DNA from: a virus
Virus record (IMG/VR): IMGVR_UViG_3300032242_000488
Coordinates: 103,541 to 167,540 of that record
Direction: 5' to 3' (one strand)
Length of the DNA stretch: 64,000 bases
In this document: positions 30,101-39,600 of the stretch, piece after piece
Layout: every line of letters starts with the position of its first letter
How positions within the stretch are numbered: the stretch's first letter is position 1
Translations under genes and position numbers: made by a program
The notes under the pieces: generated by a model
Told to the model about the DNA's origin: nothing
The model's database searches: none
Seen by the model: the letters and a program-made list of their open reading frames with translations, nothing else

Positions 30101-33100
30101 ACCAACAACTAAAGGTGTTGCATTTGCTGACGGGGCACCGGCTGCTAGATAAGCACCATCTCCTCTAACCGAGATAGAAGATGCAAATGAATTTTGTGTT
30201 AATAATATTGTTGGATTAGGATTATTTGCATCTTGTGTAGTAACCGGACTTAGTTCTTCTCTATAAGCCCATGTTGACTTGGCCGTTGGCCTAGTATAGT
30301 ACAATATGCTGTTTTCTATGCCAACAATCATTACAGTATTATTTTCATTCACTGCAACCTTAATACCAAAATGTCTTTTAGCATTTGCAACAGTTGTTAA
30401 ATTATAATGATTTTGATATTTCCAAACGGCCCATTGATTGTCTTTGCCGTCAACCCATACCATGTCATCATTTTTCTTATTGGCTATTCCTAAATTATTA
30501 ATACCTTCAATTGACGGCAAACGTACCGATACAAATTTATATAGGTTTAAAGTCAAACTTGTAGAGTCTGCTAGGTTAAGTAATTTTGGTTTATCAAACT
30601 CAAAATAGTCAGAACCTACTGCTGTTACTTTATAAAATCCTTCTAATGTAGCAATGCTATTGTTAATTCCAATATATGTGCCCACTTTAATATCAGTGTC
30701 AACTACTCGATTCAAAGTGATTCTAAGAGTGGTATTTGTTATTAAAAGTTTTTTAATTAAATTTTCAAATAAGGTAAATCGATATACATTCCATGTATTT
30801 TTGTCACTGGCTATCCAGAAGTAATAACCGTCATTAAGTTTGTTAATGTCAACAGATGATAGTTCTTCTATAGTGTTTAATTTATATTCAACATCTTCAG
30901 GATTAACATAACCAGCAGTAGAAACATAATAGTGAGACAAATTGTGTGTTTCAAACGGTGAATGAGAATATGTTTTACTTTTTAGATAAACTTGATCAGG
31001 TAACACTCTATAAACAAAATCTAGTAGCGTATTATCAATAGAGTTTACTAGCTCTACCGGTTGAGGATTAATTAAAAATTTAACTTCGTCTAATCTAAAT
31101 TCAACTTCGTCAAACCCGGCATTAGCTCCATACTGTCCTACACGAATTGCCCATTCTTCATAGAATTCTAAACTTTCTTTAGTGCTAGTACTTAGGGCAT
31201 CAAATAGCTTGGCAAAACTATTTTCAGTGCCTTTTTCAGTAATAAATCCTTGATAAAATTTATACTGACTTACATCGTCGTTGATGATATTTTCAAGGTA
31301 CTGGCGCTTTTGATATCCGATCAAATGCTGTGCAAATTTTTGTTGGTCAAGATCAAAACTGTCAGTATCTAAGTCATAAAAATCAGGGAACTGATTAGCA
31401 CGATAGTCCCAGTTAGGAATTAATTTAGGTTCTGGTCTAGCTTCTAATTTATTCCAACTTGTGTAATCAAAAGACTCACTTCCAGGAACATTAGTTTTTG
31501 CACTATAGTAAAATTCTTTATACTTAACAGTATCGCCTAGACTATAATCGGTCCACTGATTCCAAAATTTAACAACGGCACGGTCGTAAATAAATCCAGG
31601 AATATTAAAATCGCCATTCCAGTTGGTTGTTCTGTAGCCAACTACCTTAATACGATCTTGTCTATATCCTTGTATTTGATCATAGATAACATCGTTGAAT
31701 ATAGTGGTGTTGTCTAAGATTAAAACATGTTCTTTTTGTACTAAATTTAAAGTAGCATGATAGATACCATCGGCGGTATTCTTAGGAGATAGTGTAAACA
31801 AGTTTCCTTCTCTAGTATTACCTGTATACAAAGCAGATAGTGCGGCACCGTCTTGCTTTAATATTGAATACTCATAAAAATTATCATAAATGTTATCAAC
31901 TACAGAATACTGTTGAGTAAATTTAACTTCTTCTGCACATGGGCTTACACTAATGACTGCGCCTTCGGACCAATTTTGTGTGGTCCAAAAAGCAAACTCT
32001 TTTGCGCTAGTTTGAAAATCAGTTATAGTTCTAATTGTTGTATTAAAATTTTCAAATAGTATACCGATAGATTTTAAATAGGCTCCGTAACCTAATAAGA
32101 AATCAACTACATCTTGGATACTTTTTAATTCTGCACCATAATGCAAGGTAGAAACGGTATCATCAAATTTTGTTCTAATAACAATTTGTCTACCGCCAGT
32201 TAATGGCAGAGAAGGTAATTTAACAAAATATTTTATTTCAAATACTGTAGATGCTCGATGAGATACAGATGTTCGATAATATTGATTATTAAAAAATACA
32301 ATACTATCCTTAGTATAATATTGATTAGCTAGCCAATCAGAAAAACTAGCAGAAACACCGCCTACATTAATTCCTGCATCGTTATTAAGAACTAACGATT
32401 TGAAATATTTAAACGCTGGTAAAAATTTGTTATAGCCTCTAATAATAAAACCAGTAGCTGCCTTTTCAATAATGACTGCACTATAATCAATAGATGCCAC
32501 AGGGCTACTAGTATTAAGAATTATATTATAGTTTTCATCAGGTATGAAAACGTTACCAGTGTTTAACGGATTACGACTATCTAAAATTAATTTAAATTTT
32601 TCTTTAGTGGTAAATCCGCCAAGTTTTGTTGATAGACGTGTTACTAAATTTGTTAATTCATTTTTATAAACAGGAATTTCTGAAAGAGATTGTCTGCTAA
32701 TGATATAGTCAGAAACATAATTAACTAGTCCTGCTGTATGCACCCTAGACGCACTGTCTGCTGTACTAGGAACAACTAAATTAGAAACATTAAATCTTAA
32801 ATTGCCGTTGGTAACTTTATAAACTAATTGCCCAGTGTCATCTCTATATTGACGCACACGATCAAAACAACTGGCAAATACTTGTGCTGGTCTTAAAATA
32901 GTCAACGCTGTTATTAAAGAGAATGGGTATTCTGCACTACGTCTCCATGCTGATTCAATTGGTGCTTGATCGCCGAATCTAAACTCGCCTTCTATTAAAG
33001 AACTAGTATATCCATCAATGATACCAATATCACTAGGTGCTAATAATTCACCATTTTCGTTTACTGGTAACATTGACAGTAGATACGGTCTTAAAAATTT

Positions 33101-36100
33101 GACATTCTTAATAATGTTTTTTCCGGGCTCTTTAATTAAGCCGCCTGCTAGATCGTTCCATAAAATTAAATTATCACTAGTATAGGGTGCCGGGCCATAT
33201 GCAGTTTCCCACCAAGTAGGTTTAACACTAAATCCTAACATTTCCCAAGGGTTAGTGTGAGGACGATCAGTGTCGTAGACTAATTTAAATATGCCTCTCC
33301 AGAAGCCGGGCAATTCAGTGCCTGTAGAAGATCTAAATTCTTTGTAGTTGTAGGTCTTTGGATTGCCACGCACAAAGAATGAATGTTTGGTATAATCATC
33401 TGCAATTAAATTTGACCAATGCAAAAAATCTCCTGCCATGATGCTGTTAAGATTATCAAAAGAGACGTCTGTAGTTCTGTTATATCCTGGAACAAAATCA
33501 TAGATATCAAATAGGCTGATATTATAGGCAACTTTAATATTGTTGTAAATTCTACGCTCAAATTCTAATAGCAAGTCGTCTCTAAAATCATTAAATGCAA
33601 CTGTTATGCTACCGTCGTGTCCTTGTATAACTTTAGTAGGAGTTTGATATGTTGTGTCAACAAAAACTTGTGGTTCAAATTTAGGATATAAACCATATTT
33701 TGTAGGGGTTGGTGGTAAGAAACAGCCGTCTGTTTTTTCGTACTGTACAATTTTTAAATTGTCACCGGATGTAATTGTTGCTAGGATATTGACAAAATTT
33801 GTATTAACAAATTCATAATCTCGACCGTATACCAATAATTCATCATTTACATATACTAATACAGCTTTTTCGCTGACTGTGTTTAAATTAAAATCAAATG
33901 TTAAAGGATATTCTGTAATCGAATTGTCAATTATATCTTGATCAAATATAAAACTAGGACCAGCAGGGACCATGTCGCTTAGATAATAAGGACTAGCTTT
34001 TGTAAAATCTTTAACTACTTCTTTTAAAATTAAATCTAAATGGATTCTTGTAACACCGTCATAGCCGTAGTCAGTTGCTTTGCGTAATAAATTTCTTTTG
34101 AATTTTGCATAGTCAAGTCTAGCTGTTTTTAATGCGTTAATCAAATTATAATTTTTATTAGTAATATGATAGGCTATTGGTAATAGAGGTGCAGAGTGTT
34201 GTACTATTTTTGTTCCAAGAGGCGTAATATTTCCTAGATCTCTAAGACTAGCAGTTCCGGGAACTGTGCCTTTAAACTTGCTAATATTATCTGCAATTGA
34301 ACTAACATGATTATTAATCTCTCCTAATGTAAATGTGTTTAAATTTAAATTTTGAGGATTATGTTCTAAATTGGATGGAAACTCGTAATAGCCGTTGATC
34401 TTAGGGGCCGCCGACATTGTTTTAACTATTAGCACATCATTAACTGATAAGTCTTTGAAAAATTCAACATAGGCTTTTTTATTGATAACTGTAATTGTGT
34501 AATCAGTGTCGTATTTTTTATGCCCGTTTAAATATATCTTAACTGTTAAATCAGTTAGCAGTCCGCTATCTGCATATGCATCAATCAAAAACATGTTGCG
34601 AACTTGGTCAACTACATACTGTCTAATGACATATTGTTGTGTTTTAGTAGTGGCTGTAATCCAGCCGTTTGCATGTTCGTGTGAAGTTAATGTATTATTA
34701 ATTCTTAAATAACCTAGCTCAATATCAATTGCTGATATTGAATTAGTACTGCTTTGGTAGGTGTGCTTGTCAGTATGTAGATTAAAATTAAAAACAATGT
34801 CGCCAAAATTTCCAATATTTCTATATGTAATATCAAATCCCAATTCAGTGTCGTAGGTAGTACCAGGCTGATAACTGAATAATTTTGTTCCTCTAAATGT
34901 AGTTCCTGGATACTTGGTTGTGTCTCCGTAACTTACACCGGTTGGGTCGACTACTTCAAACAACGGACTTTGATTTACAGTAGTCTTGTCTTGACTCTGC
35001 ATCCACACCCCGTCCATGTAATGAAACATGGCTCCTCTATACTCAGCACCATCTGTTACTAGAATAGTTTCTCCGTCTTGCGGATCAGTATCATCTGTTG
35101 GCAACAAAGTAATTCTTCGTTGGCCAAGATGTGTTATAAATTTTACTACAAATATTCTACCGGACACTCTGATGTCTGTGTCTGCGGTAAACAACACACG
35201 CATACCTTCAACTAGATCAACTTTGTCAACGTTATAGCCGTAGCTGCCTTCAACTGTAGAAAACACATCTTTAGTAAATGTATCAACTAGGGTTACGTTT
35301 TGCTTGGCAATTCGGCCAAAGTTCCATAATTGTATATTTGAGTTAAACTCGATGATTGGACGTTTAGCTCTAGCAGTTTGATCTAAAACTACCGGTTGAT
35401 TATTGGCATTAGCTGATGCTTCAATCAAATTCCTATGGAACCATCGATTATGGCGGCTCCACGGATTTCTATCTTTGCTTCCTCTATTAATAACAATATA
35501 ATCCTTACTTGCAGGAAAATTATTGTTTACATCAAATCCTTGTGTATCAAAATTTTCATTGTCAAATTCAACTTCTAAGTTGGCAGTATATGCAGAAGGA
35601 GTTTCAAGATTTTTTTCTGCTATTAATCTAATTGCTAGACCAACACCTTCAACATACCAATTACCTGTAGCGTAAATTGACGGGGTCACTTGTCCTTGAA
35701 ACGACAGTTTCATACCGTTAGATAATACTACTCCAGAACTAGTTGTATAATATTTTTTACCAACAATTTCGTTATCAATGTCAATGTGTGTTGAGTCATT
35801 GATATCATATACTGTAAAATAACCAGATGTGTTTATATCTGTTTCACTAACATAGTATAAAACATTAGGAGCATCCATTGGAACTTTAAATTCTATTGAA
35901 CCCCTACCAATGTGTTGTGCCGATGATACGACTATATTTTTATCATTTTTTATTGTGATTCCGTCAGTATATAAATCTGCATTGCCGATTGTTCTAACTG
36001 TTTTAAATGCAAATGGACGATCTTCACAGTTTATTTCAAAAGTATATGTTTGACCTCTGTATAATTTAAATTTAGGATTAGCTGTTAATCCGTCTGGGGT

Positions 36101-36658
36101 AAACAAATAAGCAAGATTATCAACTTCATTAACTAGTTTGACTGTGTAGGTACTAACGATGTCTGTAGACTGTCCTAGTACTGTTATTGGTTGTGGGCCG
36201 CTTGGTAGCCAGTAGTATTCTCTATAGTTAACAAACTTGTCCCAATCAATGTGGGGATTCCATGCATAGTATTCTTCACCATTAACTTTACTATGATCTA
36301 AAGTTGTTCCGGCAAAGAAATTTAACTGATTAACATAGTCATTGTAATCTTTAAAAAAGGTAACGTTGTCTAAAGAATCTTTAGAAACAATTGCAGGCTC
36401 AAGTTGGTATGCCGCTCTGTCTGTACTGACTTCTTCTAGATATCTATCCGATGAAGTGAACGCAGGAGTATTTTTACGACCAATAAATGCATTTACTTTG
36501 CCAACAGTTCCTTCATTGATCATCTGATCAATAGTAGCACTTAAGAACTTTTGGTTGGCCGGAGTTCTATAATATTTAGGAAGAAAATCTAACGACGTTC
36601 TTTTATTATTATCTCCAATAGGTAACGCTGATTCTTGTTGGTTGTTATCGAATGCCAT
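21191..36658 (-). CDS. Giant (5155 aa) multidomain virion protein, positional analogue of baseplate wedge gp7
   Basis: Uninterrupted 15.5 kb ORF directly after the gp6-like gene; AAGGA SD; propeller repeats, IPT/TIG-like domain, G.GY..PP.V motifs. Confidence 0.8.
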   Translation of the reverse strand: MAFDNNQQESALPIGDNNKRTSLDFLPKYYRTPANQKFLSATIDQMINEGTVGKVNAFIGRKNTPAFTSSDRYLEEVSTDRAAYQLEPAIVSKDSLDNVTFFKDYNDYVNQLNFFAGTTLDHSKVNGEEYYAWNPHIDWDKFVNYREYYWLPSGPQPITVLGQSTDIVSTYTVKLVNEVDNLAYLFTPDGLTANPKFKLYRGQTYTFEINCEDRPFAFKTVRTIGNADLYTDGITIKNDKNIVVSSAQHIGRGSIEFKVPMDAPNVLYYVSETDINTSGYFTVYDINDSTHIDIDNEIVGKKYYTTSSGVVLSNGMKLSFQGQVTPSIYATGNWYVEGVGLAIRLIAEKNLETPSAYTANLEVEFDNENFDTQGFDVNNNFPASKDYIVINRGSKDRNPWSRHNRWFHRNLIEASANANNQPVVLDQTARAKRPIIEFNSNIQLWNFGRIAKQNVTLVDTFTKDVFSTVEGSYGYNVDKVDLVEGMRVLFTADTDIRVSGRIFVVKFITHLGQRRITLLPTDDTDPQDGETILVTDGAEYRGAMFHYMDGVWMQSQDKTTVNQSPLFEVVDPTGVSYGDTTKYPGTTFRGTKLFSYQPGTTYDTELGFDITYRNIGNFGDIVFNFNLHTDKHTYQSSTNSISAIDIELGYLRINNTLTSHEHANGWITATTKTQQYVIRQYVVDQVRNMFLIDAYADSGLLTDLTVKIYLNGHKKYDTDYTITVINKKAYVEFFKDLSVNDVLIVKTMSAAPKINGYYEFPSNLEHNPQNLNLNTFTLGEINNHVSSIADNISKFKGTVPGTASLRDLGNITPLGTKIVQHSAPLLPIAYHITNKNYNLINALKTARLDYAKFKRNLLRKATDYGYDGVTRIHLDLILKEVVKDFTKASPYYLSDMVPAGPSFIFDQDIIDNSITEYPLTFDFNLNTVSEKAVLVYVNDELLVYGRDYEFVNTNFVNILATITSGDNLKIVQYEKTDGCFLPPTPTKYGLYPKFEPQVFVDTTYQTPTKVIQGHDGSITVAFNDFRDDLLLEFERRIYNNIKVAYNISLFDIYDFVPGYNRTTDVSFDNLNSIMAGDFLHWSNLIADDYTKHSFFVRGNPKTYNYKEFRSSTGTELPGFWRGIFKLVYDTDRPHTNPWEMLGFSVKPTWWETAYGPAPYTSDNLILWNDLAGGLIKEPGKNIIKNVKFLRPYLLSMLPVNENGELLAPSDIGIIDGYTSSLIEGEFRFGDQAPIESAWRRSAEYPFSLITALTILRPAQVFASCFDRVRQYRDDTGQLVYKVTNGNLRFNVSNLVVPSTADSASRVHTAGLVNYVSDYIISRQSLSEIPVYKNELTNLVTRLSTKLGGFTTKEKFKLILDSRNPLNTGNVFIPDENYNIILNTSSPVASIDYSAVIIEKAATGFIIRGYNKFLPAFKYFKSLVLNNDAGINVGGVSASFSDWLANQYYTKDSIVFFNNQYYRTSVSHRASTVFEIKYFVKLPSLPLTGGRQIVIRTKFDDTVSTLHYGAELKSIQDVVDFLLGYGAYLKSIGILFENFNTTIRTITDFQTSAKEFAFWTTQNWSEGAVISVSPCAEEVKFTQQYSVVDNIYDNFYEYSILKQDGAALSALYTGNTREGNLFTLSPKNTADGIYHATLNLVQKEHVLILDNTTIFNDVIYDQIQGYRQDRIKVVGYRTTNWNGDFNIPGFIYDRAVVKFWNQWTDYSLGDTVKYKEFYYSAKTNVPGSESFDYTSWNKLEARPEPKLIPNWDYRANQFPDFYDLDTDSFDLDQQKFAQHLIGYQKRQYLENIINDDVSQYKFYQGFITEKGTENSFAKLFDALSTSTKESLEFYEEWAIRVGQYGANAGFDEVEFRLDEVKFLINPQPVELVNSIDNTLLDFVYRVLPDQVYLKSKTYSHSPFETHNLSHYYVSTAGYVNPEDVEYKLNTIEELSSVDINKLNDGYYFWIASDKNTWNVYRFTLFENLIKKLLITNTTLRITLNRVVDTDIKVGTYIGINNSIATLEGFYKVTAVGSDYFEFDKPKLLNLADSTSLTLNLYKFVSVRLPSIEGINNLGIANKKNDDMVWVDGKDNQWAVWKYQNHYNLTTVANAKRHFGIKVAVNENNTVMIVGIENSILYYTRPTAKSTWAYREELSPVTTQDANNPNPTILLTQNSFASSISVRGDGAYLAAGAPSANATPLVVGSTSANGNRLILTSGTTANLYVNGPIAFANTTLGGVRADTTYYVSEIINSTQFRISTTLGGDVFVLESRNGAMPVYANHGYVVLYTRNANGYYVFSNLITAPTKTTNQFFGHKVAVVGDKLFVGSKGSASVPPSLTVYYISKLIAGALDSTFVPSTAMVLDPVVFTPGHELLDMSVAANGNVVLSFSNNTINGNDTIKIWNYSNNYEFNKLVQTIESPLPAKSSFGSTIAVSKDGLKLAIGAPTYSNAHLNEGAVTVYYNIPSTFSSWTVTVDGLITTSLSEITIEPGTKTITVRKSGKGLVLNVVTTFGTLKSNPAIVNAGTNYAVDDTVYIAGGDGKATYKVTQVNPTTGAVVAGVLLTRGTNYNSNPLNATIPKPLDILELQRITITRDLSNYMVGVVTSYDDATATIIVNVKEAYTPGEYVLREQLSNPYNRGSEYFGSTVRFNTVGDQLAISSAGGRQLAHTRFDANKTTFDLDATHFLETEFGSGSVMLYDHYENKFIFSDSLDVGVAVGSKYGSTVAMSDRIYVSDYNITNGAVHEFYSENKSWYKYRTPSALVNINKIKSVFLYDIENSSIITYLDIVDPLQGKILGIAEDELNFKTYYDPATYSIGDDTVVVDTLMNWKEKNIGHLWWDLSSAKFIDPNQGPILYKANSWNTVFENQMVSVYEWVESEYTPTEWDKLADTEAGLTLGISGTSKYKGTAYSVSETFDNVSKTFKKIYYFWVKNKVTVPDVIGRAVSAKDVANYISNPKNMGVSYISFHGANQFSLVNCKDLIAGRKVALNVRYWIIDNFEQSNIHSHYQLLSTSDIDKPINKYIEQKWIDSLSGFDLLGNEVPDSKLPPKLKYGIQSRPRQSMFVNRIEALKEFIERVNSVLATQSIIDEVDLTPLNSKDAVPSLGSGKYDYEISSYSQIRFVGTNDIVRAALAPVIENGKIIRVNIVTSGKGYVNPPEVIINGIGSGAKITTILGTKGQIISATVDKSGAGYLDSTTLSVRTLSVLVTSDETANNRWALYTWNSIKKTWFRERSQTYDTTRYWKYIDWYSAGYSEFTKLDHILDFAYQLPSANIEIGEIIKVNNQGIGGWVLLEKIDNQAVLETTVNYKTVGRQNGTIKFTDNLYRFAANAEGFDGPTFDSYVFDDQPKTELKIILDTVKNNIFINELAVAYKELFFASIRYAFSEQKFIDWAFKTSFVRSKHNLGPLEQKPTYQNDNLPSYQEYINEAKPYRSKVREFVSTYEVFEPTGSQISDFDLPPRYDQTTNTVIPFETTISNGILTYNSDDIKTYPYSDWLYSVGFNLTEIRIVDGGSGYVTAPIVIIEPASTSISAKAYLSSGRVSTIVINDPFGENFLTTPVIRLEGSVTDGGTPARAVAILANSLVRSTKVGIKFDRISPTYTFASIVAKETFLGSGSKTRFELAWPIDVIKTRTTVSDNNGEILGADYIVFNEIDSSYSYTRYKGILQFNSAPANLSKIIIEYHKNINLLDAADRISHFYNPESGQLGSDLGQLMQGVDYGGVEITGIGFDVGSGYDALPWFTTGYDQFDPDFTDFLIKSDGIARSFNLNYSPTEVEYINVYWTGNRSYVTATPTGTGTVNSSSLFVTNANGIKKGHSVTGIGIQSNTTVSDIVGAKITLTKALVQDASGTYTFRTTDTFNRRLDDPNYITVKPLLDTLVALKNEKASIKAALSTAQEDKDFNITLYAELTRQLGILFDARAAAEVVLNHAIEVLDAAILLGDTQIIFEAQQKKDAKQAIYDNLNTEYVTAEQDAVSAGYARDNAIALIATGAGQLAAYEGTSTIASVQIFDIFGRLILPSALRQVGQSITITGTLSHGTIQGYVSGKTYYIGEVINNTSVRLTSTYAKALLSGNDRFDVVTTAGVITPGATVRLNGKINTVQAEILNFPSIVNQEAIMNSFIGDGVSTGPIVIPNHATFTTAFGADIQAGDSIILRKNTSDGSFKPSDIQYDTQIFGGDFAYVSATGLAAEDINVDGDGFVTPTSSYAPEEIVTGQVVDTVDITVYHKIGDGSPIISTVRYLTADDNIFDIGQRPGTSTSVIVKVDGNVIKQDVNYSVNFASQQIELITNYQPGLEIVITSISQNGLNILDLDYFIGDGTTTEFVSVARWASETTAFVTVNGEATAVTTFKTDSHYTLVGTIGIRFDTAPPAGATINYTILGSAVDSISKVQKQTIIHNGVDSVYELTRSPEFAKPFADNVLVVTNGSILRPTDTFYFVVAGTSRTYTVDSSRYAFNTVDTRTVTVTVNGQSIVQGIDYFWIPVNNQLKVKKGVAKTGDKIALSIVANSDYNIIITDPTLSIELFGEYSAGTVITVITFSNHDILEIEREHDKTSSASTLVAGAQEYYRYNQLAGGRIKLRRPAVGSQYVWITLNRKLLTPEVDYALESNMNYISFSPTRVFAETDIIDIIAFSNKVTRNSFGYKIFKDMLNKNSYSRIDDASSTTLAKTLNYYDTMIELVDGSVLPDPSPRLNKPGVIFIDGERIEYLKKDNNVIRQLKRGTLGTGIKAAHNEGTLVRDQSIIQTVPYKDEFITSVAVSDGYTNGSSIYTNSAELTVSSIVFPGEDQTADLTGSQTVTVTGKGFKVNVKVFVGDVDCVVNRISDTTLTFVTPAKSVGAYDLIIYNPPIVSPTKVTTIQLTGTVTATALTTTITGLTNVRNTLRTGMIISKVSGSGSIGSNAIITEINSDTQITIKSTTANAYGSIVITGTEDVKTVTLAGTVSTAGLASTVTLTGSYTKNGITIPNVTSGLQVGQIVSKVSGNGAFGTLAIITSIDSLTTFTVTATSANTAGALVFNINNQTPTSRVVARGIKYLKISLDFKLAVPTVDNAWYRKTIPSSYNQCNDVEVFVAGRRLRKTAYTIWNPNQGPDSPSGDVAYEAEFSVSSANNQQPMQIRLTEVPEAGQYIVVQKRVGKAWTTEGVGLADSGSDPAKFIRSTYALLPDKNKV

Positions 36659-36672
36659 GTAATATTCCTTCT

Positions 36673-39600
36673 TTACGCACTTGTAATGTCATTGTTGTTT
36701 AACGGGATTGATGTTAGTACTGTTCCGTTGGCATTAATTCTTGCCGCAGTAATTTCTGAAATAATTTCAATGTCATCAACTGTAGCTGAACTAATTAATA
36801 GCTCGTCTGCATTTGATGTTATTTCAAATAAACTACCAAAGGCTAAATTTTGTTGTTTTGGTACTATTACTATGTTTACTAGATTAGGGCTTAGTTGACG
36901 AATGATATATGCGGATAGTTCTCCGAAATAAAATGTATCGCCAAATTCCCAATTTTCTAAAGCAAAAAATTCATTAATAGCAGTTATAACTCCAGATTTA
37001 ATGTCATTGTCACTGATAACTACATTAGAATTTTTTACTACTTTAAATGTACCTTGCAAACTTGCGGCGGCATTCTTACCAAATAATGGTTTATATTTTG
37101 CAGGATGATAAACAATCTCATCGCTGATTGATTTTACCTTGTTTATATCTGTACTAAAATTTGTATACAATGCATCGCTACTAGGAGGTAACGGTCTAAC
37201 AGTTACATTTCCTGCTAGCCAACGACGATAGGCAACATCATATGTCTTAGTCAATATAAAAATATCTATTATATTAGTTGCGGCAGGATCTAATCTTGAA
37301 GAATTATCTGCGGCATGGATGTATTGATATTTTAAACTATCACGGCCAAGGAACCCTCGATACTCATTTGTAATTGTAAAACTAGTAGACGATTTATTAA
37401 ACTTTTTAACTAGATTTTCTTTAATAATATACACCAACTGACCGTCATCTAATGTCAAGGGAACTGCATCTTGGCTTAGATAAACTTTGATTAGATTGTT
37501 AAGATTTTCTACATAGTAGAAATCAGTAGATCCGTCTAGAGAAATTTGACGTTGTTGGAATATAAATTTACTTGTAAGATTTACTGACGGAGCAACAATA
37601 TTTTTAAACAATTCTGGATCGTCAACAATACCATCTTCATTACTGTCAAAGAAGCTGATAGAAATCTTTTTAGTGTCAATGTATCCGTCACTGCCTAGAT
37701 ACTCGTCAATAATTTCCCAATCAAAATTTTGATTAAACGCAGTTAATACGTCTGGTTGTGTATTAATACTCATCACAGAAATCTTATCTCGAATTATTTT
37801 TCCGTTTGTCGGGTCATATACTTTAGAAGTACTGTCAAAGAAAAATCTCATTTCTTTGGCGCTTTCAAACACATATCGCAAGCCTCTATAGGTTGCAAGA
37901 TACGCCTCGCCGTCAGTTTCAAATAGCACAATCCAACTTGCATCTAATTGTTGATTACTACTATCACCTGTTTTACCTAGACCAAATGCAGATTTTTTAT
38001 CAATGTTAGAGTCAGTGATAATTTTCCAAACAGTATCAGAACTGTCATATCGTAAAGCAAAATTTTTGTTGGCTGCAATTAGATCAATAATTTTATTTTT
38101 AACACTGGCTTCAAGCGCGGTAACAAATTTAGGCACTGCGGTATCGCATACTGCACCAGTTGGGACAATTTCGTTTAATGTTACCGGTCCTAATCCTGTT
38201 GCTAATATACCGGTATTTTTTGCTGTTCCGTCGCCGACTACTTGTATGACTTTTGTCCAAATGCTGGTCTTAGCACTAACTGGTGCATCCATTGCATCAA
38301 TTAATTTGTTATCTGCCGAAAATAGTTTGCCTGGTGGAGGAACAAATTTTATCATTGATCCTGGAATAATATAGCGTAAATTTGAAAACGTTGATGCTCC
38401 TAGTTTCTTAATGACGTTTGTTTGTACATTATCATTAATATATCCTGTTGATATATTAGTAGCGGAAGTCACTTGCGTAAAAGAAGAAAACGCAACACCA
38501 AGAGAAATAAATGCATAGCTGTCAAGATAAAAATCTTTAACTGTGCGGCTAGCAAGTATTGGCTCAATTTGATTTAGAACTGCATTTTCAATATCAGTTC
38601 TTGTGTTGTAAGAAAATTTAAAACTACCGATAATTGGTTCTTTGTATAATATTCCATCAGTGCCAAACAGGTTAGTATTACTGTACTTGCCGGTGGTATC
38701 TTTTAAGTCAAAATAACGACTGATACCAGAACTAACTCTGTTAACTGATTTAACTTTAATAATTTCTTGATTAACGCTCAACGGGAATACATTATAGTCT
38801 TCTCCGGTAATCATACGATTTTGTGTATAGTATGTAGACGGTGCGTTAGTTTTGATGCTGTTACTTGTTTCACTAGCTGAAGCATTTTGTACAGTATAGT
38901 TTAGACCCACTGCCACTGTTAATGTTTCTTGTTTGCCGGATCTATTACTGATATAAGGAATATCAAAAGTTACATTTTTAATATTAGAAGGACTAATTGC
39001 ATATTCAAAGCCGTTGCTAACTCTGTAGTAGACTCTAAAATTACCTTGCGGTAAGTCGCCGAATGTTCCGTCAGCAAAATTTAAACGAACACGATCTCCA
39101 GTTCTTGTAATTACTGAAAATATTTTTCTAACATTTTTAGATAACGAATTGTATATAATGTTGTTGCCTTCGACAGCATCAACTTTTGTCCATTCTTGAG
39201 ATAATAGTCCCGCACTATCTAAACTATACAACCAGATATCTGAATTGTTAATATTAGAACTGTCTAGGTCAACAGTTTCATTAGTGCTCGGTCGTTGAAT
39301 AGAAAATGTTCCTTGATTTAAACTACCCTGACGGAAGTGTACAAAGAAACCTGTGTTAGTACTTGGACTGCCACCGCCATCATCGCGATATAAAAATGCC
39401 AAGTTAGTTCCAGGCATCGGCGGTTCTTCGTAGATGTTTAAGGCATTTTTAATTGCACAAGATACAATTTCAAAATCCATATTTCTACCATCAATGTTCT
39501 TGGTAAATCCATAAATTGGATTATCAGTATTGGTTGCGTTAAATCGATATTGTTGTGTTCTAATGCCTGCTATTGTTCCAGAATCTTGTGGCTTACCAAA

